This document shows positions 27,470 to 35,488 of a stretch of 64,000 nt of DNA, piece by piece (within the stretch, counting starts at the first letter, position 1; the number at the start of each line of letters is the position of its first letter). The DNA is taken from contig CBDBLO010000002.1 of NCBI GenBank assembly GCA_965207075.1, positions 1,952,001 through 2,016,000 of the forward strand. Reading direction: 5' to 3'. The stretch is from Nitrosopumilus sp. GTDB taxonomy: Archaea > Thermoproteota > Nitrososphaeria > Nitrososphaerales > Nitrosopumilaceae. The notes beneath the pieces were generated by a model. It was given only the letters and a program-made list of their open reading frames with translations. It was not told the DNA's origin and did not search any database. A program made the translations under genes and the position numbers.

Positions 27470-29106
27470 GACTCCCTCCTATCACTCCCGTGCGCAACCG
27501 CGCCGTCTTCCCGGCATCGCGCGTAATACCTGTGCATGTACGACGCCGCCAGCACGGGCGCCCCCACGTATATCATCAGGATTGCAAGCAGCGCGGCAAT
27601 GCCGTACGCCAGCACCTCGGACTCGGAGCCGGCGTGATCCATGATGCCCAGCGTGTAGAGCATCGGGGTCAGGAGCGTCCTGACCATGTCCCTGAATACT
27701 GGATTCTCGCGCTCATAGTCGGCCACGTGCGGCGAGAACGAATAGTACACGACGTTGAACCCCTCCACAAACGACGAGCCGGCCTGCGTCTGCGCGAGTT
27801 GGTTGTCCCGTATCTCCCGGAGCAGCTGAACCTGGGGCGCCATCTCAGAGCCGTACGCGGCAGTCGCGATGAGGCATCCCCCGCCCCTCTCGTCGTCACT
27901 GCCGGCCGCGTCAGGCCCCGTCGTGGAGATTACTGGGGGCGGGGGCGGCTCGGTCCCGATTATGACGCAGTATCCGTTGGCAAGCTCGGTCCCCTCGCCG
28001 CACTCGCCGTACTCTTGGCCCGGCTTTAGCTCAAGCCCGGGCGGGAGCTCGACTCCGGGGGCCACCACGGGAGGGGGCAGCTCCGGCTCGGCCGGGACAC
28101 CGCCGCCGCTGCCGCCGGCAGGATCAGGCAGCCCGACGGCGTGGTATATGGAATCATACTGCGCGTAGTTCGTGTCAAACCACTCCTTGTACGAGGGCTC
28201 CGCGTGGTAGCGGTCCACGTAGGTCTGGGGGTCGACTGACAGGTCTACAAAACTGGCAGGTATCAAAAGTATGCCCACCGCGTCGTATATGGAGCCGTAC
28301 TCTGCAAGGTAGTTTGCGTCATACCACTCCTTGTACGAGGGCTCCGTGTGGTACCGGTCCACGTAGGTATTGGGGTCGACTGCCGGGTCGACGAACGGGG
28401 CGAGCGCCGAGAGATCCCTTGCGGGCTGGGACGGTTCCGGCTCATCTAGAAACACGTCGGGGTCGGGAATCCCCACCGCGTCGTATATGGAGCCGTACTC
28501 TGCAAGGTAGTTTGCGTCATACCACTCCTTGTACGAGGTGTCGGTGAGGTACCGGTCCACGTAGGTCCAGGGGCTGACTGTCGGGTCGACGAACGGGGCG
28601 AGCGCCGCGATGTCCCTTGACGGGGGCGGTGCCATCTCGTCTACAAACGTGTCGAGGTCGGGAATCCCCACCGCGTCGTATATGGAGCCGTACTCTGCAA
28701 GGTAGTTTGCGTCATACCACTCCTTGTACGAGGGGTCGGTGAGGTACCGTTCCACGTAGGTGATGGGGTCGACTGCCGGGTCGACGAACGGGGCGAGCGC
28801 CGCAGCATCCCTTGCAAACGGTGGTGCCGGTTCCGGGGCCGCGTTGGGGTCGGCAAGCCCCACAGCGTGGTATATCGAGTCATATTGTGAATAGTTATTG
28901 TCAAACCACTCCTTGTACGAGGGCTCCGCGTGGTAGCGGTCCACGTAGGTCTGGGGGTCGGTGCCGGGCTCTACGAATCCGGCGGGGACAGGCGGGGACC
29001 CGGCGGCCTGCGCGTGGGCGGGTATGGCGGACGGCACGAGGCAGGCGGCGGCGATCGCTGCCACTGCCACCACGGCGATCATATGCGGGATGCTTGCGTG
29101 CATCAT
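27463..29106 (-). CDS. Secreted protein with 5 Tyr-rich repeats and CFI-box-CTERM anchor
   Basis: Signal peptide; five (A)PFVD..VDP.TYV.RY...PSYKEW.D.NY...Y.SIY.AVG repeats; YGECGEGT.L..GYC; GGCLIATAAYGSEMAPQVQLLREIRDN plus a TM helix. Confidence 0.88.
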   Translation of the reverse strand: MMHASIPHMIAVVAVAAIAAACLVPSAIPAHAQAAGSPPVPAGFVEPGTDPQTYVDRYHAEPSYKEWFDNNYSQYDSIYHAVGLADPNAAPEPAPPFARDAAALAPFVDPAVDPITYVERYLTDPSYKEWYDANYLAEYGSIYDAVGIPDLDTFVDEMAPPPSRDIAALAPFVDPTVSPWTYVDRYLTDTSYKEWYDANYLAEYGSIYDAVGIPDPDVFLDEPEPSQPARDLSALAPFVDPAVDPNTYVDRYHTEPSYKEWYDANYLAEYGSIYDAVGILLIPASFVDLSVDPQTYVDRYHAEPSYKEWFDTNYAQYDSIYHAVGLPDPAGGSGGGVPAEPELPPPVVAPGVELPPGLELKPGQEYGECGEGTELANGYCVIIGTEPPPPPVISTTGPDAAGSDDERGGGCLIATAAYGSEMAPQVQLLREIRDNQLAQTQAGSSFVEGFNVVYYSFSPHVADYERENPVFRDMVRTLLTPMLYTLGIMDHAGSESEVLAYGIAALLAILMIYVGAPVLAASYMHRYYARCREDGAVAHGSDRRESC

Positions 29107-29176
29107 ACGATGCTCGCGCTAACTGTTTAAAAGCGTGAGCAGTCCGCCGCGCGCTGGGTGTACGCCTGCCTGCAGG

Positions 29177-29659
29177 TCACAGATCAAGCAGAAATCGCAC
29201 AGACGCGCCCGCCTCCGACCTCTTGATGCTCATCTCATGAAAGGTCGGCGCCTTTATCTCCAGCTTGAAGCCGTGCCGTTTCAGGTCAAGCGGCTCGCCG
29301 TAGGCTCGCGCGCGTATGGAAAGGGGCTCCGCGGCGCTGCTGCCGCTGCCATCGCCACCGGAGGCGGCCGCGGCGTCCAGGTCAGACGACGCCCCCTCGT
29401 CAATCTCGACCCGCCTTATCGCAAACCCGCGCGTTATCAGCGCGAATATTATCTCCTCAAGCCAGCTGTACAAGAGGTACGACAGGTCCTCGCCCTCCGC
29501 CCTTATCTCCACATAGTCACACTCGGCCACCGAGCCCCGGTCAAGCGTCAGGTCGACTGCCGCGTCGGCGGCCGCGGCAAAGGCCTCCCGCATGCTCTTC
29601 CCCTCCGCCTCGACGACCGCGTCGGTGGCGTGCTCCAAGAACCGGTAGCCTCGCTCCAC
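29177..29659 (-). CDS. Archease
   Basis: YRFLEHATDA...A.G....EAF...LL..WLEE...GE.......EIKAPTFH.M. Confidence 0.92.
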   Translation of the reverse strand: MERGYRFLEHATDAVVEAEGKSMREAFAAAADAAVDLTLDRGSVAECDYVEIRAEGEDLSYLLYSWLEEIIFALITRGFAIRRVEIDEGASSDLDAAAASGGDGSGSSAAEPLSIRARAYGEPLDLKRHGFKLEIKAPTFHEMSIKRSEAGASVRFLLDL

Positions 29660-29714
29660 GCGGTTGCCTGAGTTGTGCCACTATTAACGTCTCACGCGCG
29701 GCAAAGCCGGGGCG

Positions 29715-30254
29715 TCACCGGGCGGAGAGCTCCGCGCTCCCGAACAGGACGCTGAACGGCTCGCACCATATCAGCACGTGGTCGTACTTTTCAAGGTCGA
29801 GCCCCTCTGGAATCTCATAGTTCTGGTTTCCGCGGTTTGCCTTCAGGTCGCCCAGGGATACGTAGTCCGTGGCCCTTGTGTCGGTGGCAAGGTAGACGCG
29901 CAGTCCGGGGCCGTTCGTGGAGTAAAAGTCCTCCAGGCGCAGGACGTTGCTGCCGTCCCCGAGGGGTATCGTGTAGGCGCTCCCGCCGGCGTCGTGTATC
30001 CCGTCTCCCACCCCGACAAAGGTCCCGGCGTACGATACGGGAGTCATCATATCCTGCAGATCGGACGGGCCTGCACCGCTGCCGTCGCCGCCGCCAACAA
30101 CTGGGACGGCAGGATCCGCGGGCGGCATCACCGTCACGCCCTGCGGCATCGGCTCGTCGATTGTAGATTCCGTGAAATATGGGGATACGGCATAGCCGAC
30201 CCCGGCCCCCACGATGACGATCGCCGCAATCGCGGCGAGCTTTTTTGCTCCCAT
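29715..30254 (-). CDS. DM13-domain protein with N-terminal membrane anchor
   Basis: GTF.G....H...G....LRLEDF..TNGP.L.VYL....LG.LK.N.GNQNY.IP...DL..Y..V.IWC..FSV.FG.A.L. Confidence 0.9.
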   Translation of the reverse strand: MGAKKLAAIAAIVIVGAGVGYAVSPYFTESTIDEPMPQGVTVMPPADPAVPVVGGGDGSGAGPSDLQDMMTPVSYAGTFVGVGDGIHDAGGSAYTIPLGDGSNVLRLEDFYSTNGPGLRVYLATDTRATDYVSLGDLKANRGNQNYEIPEGLDLEKYDHVLIWCEPFSVLFGSAELSAR

Positions 30255-30341
30255 GCGGTCACGGCGTCCTCTCCATATATAGCAGATTGTCCTATTCTGG
30301 GCATCGGAAAGGTAGTTAGTGAGGCACAGGGGCCGCACAGC

Positions 30342-30887
30342 ATGGAGCCGTTTGAGGAGTTCCTTGCATGGATTGCGGAGATTCTCGGCGGTCACCTGTA
30401 CGAGGGCATATTTCTGGCCGCCCTGATAGAGACCATCGTGCCGCCCGTCCCGACGCTTGCCGTGTTCCCGACGGCCGGGTTCATCGCGTCGCAGAGCGGC
30501 GTTCCGCCGGAGGGCCTCATCCCGCTCGTCATGCTGGGGGCCGCGGGCGCCACGATAGGCTCCACTGCAATATACGCGGTGGCGCTAAAGCTCGGCAGGG
30601 CCGTGATGCTCAGGTACCTCGGGCGCCTCCGCATATCCGAGGAGAAGCTAGAGCGCGTCGAGGAGTGGTTTGGGAGGCACGGCGACAAGACCGTGTTCAT
30701 ATGCAGGATGATGCCCGTCATGAGGGAGATGATATCCATACCGGCGGGACTGTTTAAGATGAGGGCGCTCAAGTTCGTCACATACACGTACGCGGGCTCG
30801 GCGGTCTGGGCGTGCGCGACCATACTGGCGGGGTACTACTTTGGAGAGGCCATCGGGCTTGCCGGCGCGGCGGCCGGCGGGCCATAA
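30342..30887 (+). CDS. DedA/SNARE-associated membrane protein
   Basis: ET..PP.P.......G; WF.RHG..TVF.CR..P..R..ISIPAG...M....F. Confidence 0.9.
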   Translation: MEPFEEFLAWIAEILGGHLYEGIFLAALIETIVPPVPTLAVFPTAGFIASQSGVPPEGLIPLVMLGAAGATIGSTAIYAVALKLGRAVMLRYLGRLRISEEKLERVEEWFGRHGDKTVFICRMMPVMREMISIPAGLFKMRALKFVTYTYAGSAVWACATILAGYYFGEAIGLAGAAAGGP

Positions 30888-32719
30888 CCGGGGCGCGCGC
30901 CCGCGCTGCGCGCGGCACGCAGCGCGCCGTGCGCCAGCGACTGCGGGGCTGCCGCGGCAAGGACAAGGGTCGCGACGACGGCAACTGCGGCCGCGGCCAT
31001 CACGAGTATCGCGCTCGGATACTCCGGCACCACGTGCTCCCCGATTATCGCAACGCGCCCGCTCTCCAGTCCCGTGCCGACCGTTATGATGTAGTGGTCC
31101 GGCCCGTGCCGTACCGCATAGGCGGCCGCGGGATCTGCTGCGTCGCCGTTGCCGTTGTCACCTCCATCCAGATAGCCTGCATGCCCAGAGGCCTCCGAGA
31201 CGGGTATCATGTCCCCGGACTCGTCATATATCACGACCTCAAAGGGGGCCGAGACCAGCGGCCTCTGCACGTACAGGGAGAGGGACGAGCCCGCATGCCC
31301 GTGGCCGCTGTCCGTGCCGGATTTGGCAAACCCAAAGTCCAGGCTCTTCTGTCCTATGTCAAATGTGAGGGACGGGACCTCGTATCCCGGATGCCGCAGC
31401 GCGGCCGTTAGCGGCCCCGTGTCGGCCGTCTCTGGGCCGTCATACGTGAGCACGCGAAGCTGTTGTTGCTGCTGCTCTGGGGCCGCGCCGCTGTGCGCCG
31501 CCTCGTACAACGGTTCGATGCGCAGTATGCGGTCATCCTCCGGAACCGGGGCCCCCCGGCCGTCCCTGTTGCTTGTGAGCACGTACAGGTGCCCGTCGGG
31601 GCCCGTCTGGACGTCGCGCAGCCTGCCAAACTCGCCCCCAAACAGCGGCGTGTGCGACACTATCGCGCCGTCGGGGTCCAGCTGTACCATCTGGAGCGTG
31701 CGCCCAAGCAGCGTCGCCACAAAGTAGCGGCCCTGCCACTCGGGTATCACGTCGGACTCGTAGAACTCGGCGCCCGACGGGGCCCACGTGCTGCCGCCCG
31801 TGTGGAACGCGGGGTTCTCGTACGGCGCTCCGTCGCCGCCGTTGTCGGTACTGTCACCGATTACGACGGGCCAGCCGTAGTTACCGCCCTTTGCAATCAC
31901 GTTTATCTCGTCGTGCCCCACCCCCAGGCGCCCGGACGGCCCGTGCTCCGTTATGATCATGCGCCCGTCGCGATCCCAGTCCATGCCCTGCGGGTTCCTG
32001 TGGCCCATCGAGTACACGAGCGAGCCCTCCCACGGGTTGTCGGTGGGCGCCCCGCCGTCGCGGTCCATGCGCAGTATCTTCCCGGCAAGCGACGATATAT
32101 CCTGCGACAGCTCCGGAACTATGGCGTCACCCGTGGCCGCGTACAGCATGCCGTCGGGCCCGAACTGTATCCTGCCCCCGTCGTGCCAGGAGCTTGCCGG
32201 TATGCGGTCAAGTATGATGTGCGCGTCGCCCAGCCGCGGCGGGTCGGTGGCGTCCCCGCCGCCGCTGCCGTCAGAACCGTCGTAATACGTATAGCGCTCT
32301 ATCCTGTTGTAGGGGGGCGACAAGAGATCAACGTAGGTGTAATACAGGTAGACGTACCCGTTCTCCTCAAAGTCCGGATCGACTGCGACTCCCAGCAGGC
32401 CGGCCTCCGCCCCGCCCCCCGCGGCGACGGACAGCACGGCCTCTGGCTCCTGCAGGCCGTCCCTTATGACGCTGACGGTGCCGCCCCTCTCGGTGAATAT
32501 GGCGGTGCCGTCCGGAAGCCAGTCGATGCTCCAGGGCACGGCCAGCCCGTCCGCGATGGTCTGGACGCGGACGCCCAGTCCCGGATAGTCGGCCTGCGCG
32601 TACGGCCCGGCGGCGTGGGCCGGCCCGGCGGTAAAGGCGGCCGCAGCAAAGAGAAGGACTACGGAGACTGCCGTAGCGGCAGCCGCAGGGGCCGTCTTCG
32701 TGCCGCATCCCGCGCCCAT
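30836..32719 (-). CDS. PQQ-dependent glucose/sorbosone dehydrogenase family protein with PEF(G)-CTERM-like sorting signal
   Basis: GL..PW....PDG....TER.G; GLLG.A.DPDF..N; H.GGR..FGPDG.LY..TGD; GHRNPQG; DEIN....GGNYGWP; C-terminal VVPEYP plus a TM helix. Start may be at 32740. Confidence 0.9.
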   Translation of the reverse strand: MGAGCGTKTAPAAAATAVSVVLLFAAAAFTAGPAHAAGPYAQADYPGLGVRVQTIADGLAVPWSIDWLPDGTAIFTERGGTVSVIRDGLQEPEAVLSVAAGGGAEAGLLGVAVDPDFEENGYVYLYYTYVDLLSPPYNRIERYTYYDGSDGSGGGDATDPPRLGDAHIILDRIPASSWHDGGRIQFGPDGMLYAATGDAIVPELSQDISSLAGKILRMDRDGGAPTDNPWEGSLVYSMGHRNPQGMDWDRDGRMIITEHGPSGRLGVGHDEINVIAKGGNYGWPVVIGDSTDNGGDGAPYENPAFHTGGSTWAPSGAEFYESDVIPEWQGRYFVATLLGRTLQMVQLDPDGAIVSHTPLFGGEFGRLRDVQTGPDGHLYVLTSNRDGRGAPVPEDDRILRIEPLYEAAHSGAAPEQQQQQLRVLTYDGPETADTGPLTAALRHPGYEVPSLTFDIGQKSLDFGFAKSGTDSGHGHAGSSLSLYVQRPLVSAPFEVVIYDESGDMIPVSEASGHAGYLDGGDNGNGDAADPAAAYAVRHGPDHYIITVGTGLESGRVAIIGEHVVPEYPSAILVMAAAAVAVVATLVLAAAAPQSLAHGALRAARSAGARPGYGPPAAAPASPMASPK

Positions 32720-32771
32720 GCAGACACAAGCTCGCCGCACGCTAAAAAGAGTCCCGTCACGAAGCCACGGG

Positions 32772-34607
32772 GTACACCCTCAGGTCGTTCGACATGGAGC
32801 CACGGGCTGACGCCGTCCCGTTCGCGTCAGGCGGGATCGTAACCGGAGGCCGGGGTGCGCGCCATCCGCCTGATTCTGGCGCGCGCCGCTCACGCGGCCA
32901 CCGCGGCCCTGTCCCGGGGCGGGCCGGGCCCGCCAAAGACGGAGTATCTGGTGCCGTCGGGGTTTGTGAGCGAGTACGGGGTGTCACCGGCCCTCTCAAA
33001 CAGGCTCCAATCGCGGTCAAGCAGGTATTCCAGGAGCGCCCTGCCCGGTGAAACATTTTGCCGGTGGCATGTGCGGGTGAACGTGAGGAGGACCGACATC
33101 AGGAGCCTGCCCCCTGCCGTCATGGTCTTGCGCCTGACGTTCCGCTGCGGTATGAGCCCGTCCCGTATCTCGCGCTCCACGTCGTTGCTGTGCGGCGACA
33201 TTCCCGGGTGCGCCTGGAACGTGAACAGGTTGGGAATGGCGTTTAGCAGGTGCGTTCGGAACCCGGGATCCTCGTACGACGCGGCGATCGCGTATGCCCG
33301 CCGCGAGAGCTCCATCATGGTGAGCGGCGCCAGCGTCTTGATCCGCTTGGCGTCGCGGTACAGCCCGAGCAGCATGTCGTACCTTGCCTCGTCTTCCGGT
33401 TTTTTGCCGACCACCGCCACCCTTTCGGCCTTGCGCAGTATGTGGACAAAGTCCCGCTGTATGGTGCCGGTCAGCTCCGGGTACCCGGCGTAGCCGTCGC
33501 ATGTCACGGGCTTGCCCCGGAGCCACGCAAAGTGGACGGAGAGCACCGAGGCGGACCTGGTCGGCGAGAACAGGACGAACACCGCGGCGGGCGTGTACGC
33601 CACCCAGACGTATCCGTGGTGCCCGTCGCCGCGCCCGTACCTTGACTCGTCCATCTGGATGTGCGGCCGGAGCTGAATCATGCGCATTATCCGGGCGAGC
33701 ATGCCCGACTGTATGTGCGTGGAGACCGCGCTCCTGCCGTTTCTCACGGCGTTGGGACTCAGCTCGAAGCCGAATATGCCGCGTATCATGTCCGCGATGC
33801 CCTCGTCCGTGTTTGCCGCCGCAAACATCATCAGTATGACCGACAGCAGGACGGGCCCAAGCGACGTCCCGTCAAGAAACGGGCTCGGCGCCCTGAAGAC
33901 GCGGCCGCAGGACGGGCACCCGGCCCTGCCGATGACCGCCATGGCGCACTGCACCGCGTAACACGCGTCAAGGTCGTACACGAGCTTGCACGCGGGACGC
34001 ATCCCCGCGAGCGGCCTTTTGCAGCACTCGGACACCGCGTCGTCCACGGGGTAGTACAGCGGCGGAAGGGTGGCCCTGTTGTGGTGCGAGGCCCCGGCGT
34101 GGCCGACCGGGGGCCCGATCCTCCCGCCGCTTGGACCGCGAGTGACGTCGTCCTCATCGCCGCCGTCCTCCCGGCTGATCTTTTCCCCGGGCCCGCCCTT
34201 TGGGTCCTCGCCGCGCCTCCTCCGGAACTTGTCGCGCGCACCGTTATAGCCTGACGGAGTCGACGTTGGCATGTTCTCGCTCTCGTAATAGGCAATCTTC
34301 CTTCTCATCCCTTCCATCTCTTCCCGCTGCCTCCGGTTCTCCTCCTCCAGCTCGCGTATCCTCCCAAACGCCTTCCTGAGCTCCCCCCTCAGCAGCTTGG
34401 ACTCTGCGCCGCCCGTCTGAGCATCAAGGAGGATCCCAATCGTGTCCTCCAGGCTGTCAATCCGGGCGTGCAGCCTTTTGATATCCTCTCGCAAGGCTTC
34501 CTCTGACACGCGGACGGTGTCACGGGGTCGGATCTAAAGCTTGTGAACTGTTTTTGTACACCATTTGGTCAATTTTCACACATTTTGATTTCGACCTGAG
34601 GGTGTAC
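32772..34607 (-). mobile_element. IS66-family (single-ORF, ISBst12-like) insertion sequence, 1836 bp
   Basis: 16-bp TIR gtacaccctcaggtcg at 32772-32787 and cgacctgagggtgtac at 34592-34607. 8-bp TSD gccacggg at 32764-32771 and 34608-34615. Confidence 0.92.
32890..34509 (-). CDS. IS66-family transposase
   Basis: N-terminal coiled coil, STPS, GHAG, CPSCG, QMDES, YVWV, TCDGYAGY, QRDFVHILR, SNDVEREIR. Confidence 0.9.
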   Translation of the reverse strand: MSEEALREDIKRLHARIDSLEDTIGILLDAQTGGAESKLLRGELRKAFGRIRELEEENRRQREEMEGMRRKIAYYESENMPTSTPSGYNGARDKFRRRRGEDPKGGPGEKISREDGGDEDDVTRGPSGGRIGPPVGHAGASHHNRATLPPLYYPVDDAVSECCKRPLAGMRPACKLVYDLDACYAVQCAMAVIGRAGCPSCGRVFRAPSPFLDGTSLGPVLLSVILMMFAAANTDEGIADMIRGIFGFELSPNAVRNGRSAVSTHIQSGMLARIMRMIQLRPHIQMDESRYGRGDGHHGYVWVAYTPAAVFVLFSPTRSASVLSVHFAWLRGKPVTCDGYAGYPELTGTIQRDFVHILRKAERVAVVGKKPEDEARYDMLLGLYRDAKRIKTLAPLTMMELSRRAYAIAASYEDPGFRTHLLNAIPNLFTFQAHPGMSPHSNDVEREIRDGLIPQRNVRRKTMTAGGRLLMSVLLTFTRTCHRQNVSPGRALLEYLLDRDWSLFERAGDTPYSLTNPDGTRYSVFGGPGPPRDRAAVAA

Positions 34608-34619
34608 GCCACGGGTCAG

Positions 34620-34700
34620 GCAAGGTATGAATATTTACAATATTATGTAAACTATGCATAGTATGGTAATGATACTTAATAGTTATAGACGGGTTCGGAC
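34620..34700. promoter_or_regulatory. AT-rich intergenic segment with palindromes (putative promoter/operator)
   Basis: tttaca-atatta-tgtaaa and the perfect palindrome actatgcatagt in a strongly AT-rich patch within GC-rich DNA. Confidence 0.4.
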
Positions 34701-34992
34701 TGTATGCAAAAACAGATCACGCTATTGCACAGTCATCGGGGGGGTGAGAGGCCCCCGCCCATCTTCTTTCCGAGGATAGTGCGAGAGTTTTCAGACGAGT
34801 AGCAGGCATCCGCACATTTCTTTTCTTTTCTTTTCTTTTTTTTCGTCTGCTTGCTTCGCGCACGCCCCGCACCGCGCAGCAGTCAGTCCGCCCCGAGGCG
34901 GACGGCCATGCGTCGAACCATCCGTTTTGGCCACCGTATGCCTTGGCGGCCCTGTGAGTACTGCGGCATGTGGTGGCCGGTCGGAACTCTTT

Positions 34993-35448
34993 ATGGGCAT
35001 GGCGGGCCTAACCGGGGTGTTGAGGGCAAGGTACAAGATTCCGCTGATAGTAGGCATCGCCGTCCCGGCCGGATTGGTGGCAATCATCATGGGGCCGGTT
35101 CTCTTTATGATTGCCTTTGGCGCTATTGCCAGCATAATGCCGGATCCCTCAGAAGAGGCAGTTGAAAAAGACTTTGCACGGATTCCAGAGGTAGGGGTCT
35201 TCACTGAAAGATATCCGGATTACGGCACTTCCCACTATGGCGATTTTATGGGATGGAGGGTAGTCCAGTACACCTCAGAAACCAGCGACGCGCAAAGCAT
35301 CTCAATGGCGGTAAGAAAGAACGTCCTGCATCAGGGGATAGAGATCAGCGCGGGCTGCGGCCCCGAGTTTTCGTACGCGCTGGACGTCCCGCACGACCAG
35401 GTAATTGACTTTTTACAAAGCGGCAGATGCTTTGTGGATGGAAGATGA
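34993..35448 (+). CDS. Hypothetical membrane-anchored protein
   Basis: Long hydrophobic N-terminal segment followed by a ~90-aa soluble domain with two Cys. Confidence 0.6.
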   Translation: MGMAGLTGVLRARYKIPLIVGIAVPAGLVAIIMGPVLFMIAFGAIASIMPDPSEEAVEKDFARIPEVGVFTERYPDYGTSHYGDFMGWRVVQYTSETSDAQSISMAVRKNVLHQGIEISAGCGPEFSYALDVPHDQVIDFLQSGRCFVDGR

Positions 35449-35488
35449 TTAGGGGAGGCGTCCCCGGCTGCACGTTACGAAGATACCG

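Noticed and set aside
29778-30341. N-terminal extension of the DedA ORF
   Set aside because: It is antisense to the DM13 gene. DedA similarity begins at ATG 30342.
34620-34850. AT-rich patch as a replication origin near mcm
   Set aside because: No ORB-like repeats and no adjacent cdc6/orc1 gene. It is better explained as a promoter region plus a T-rich tract.
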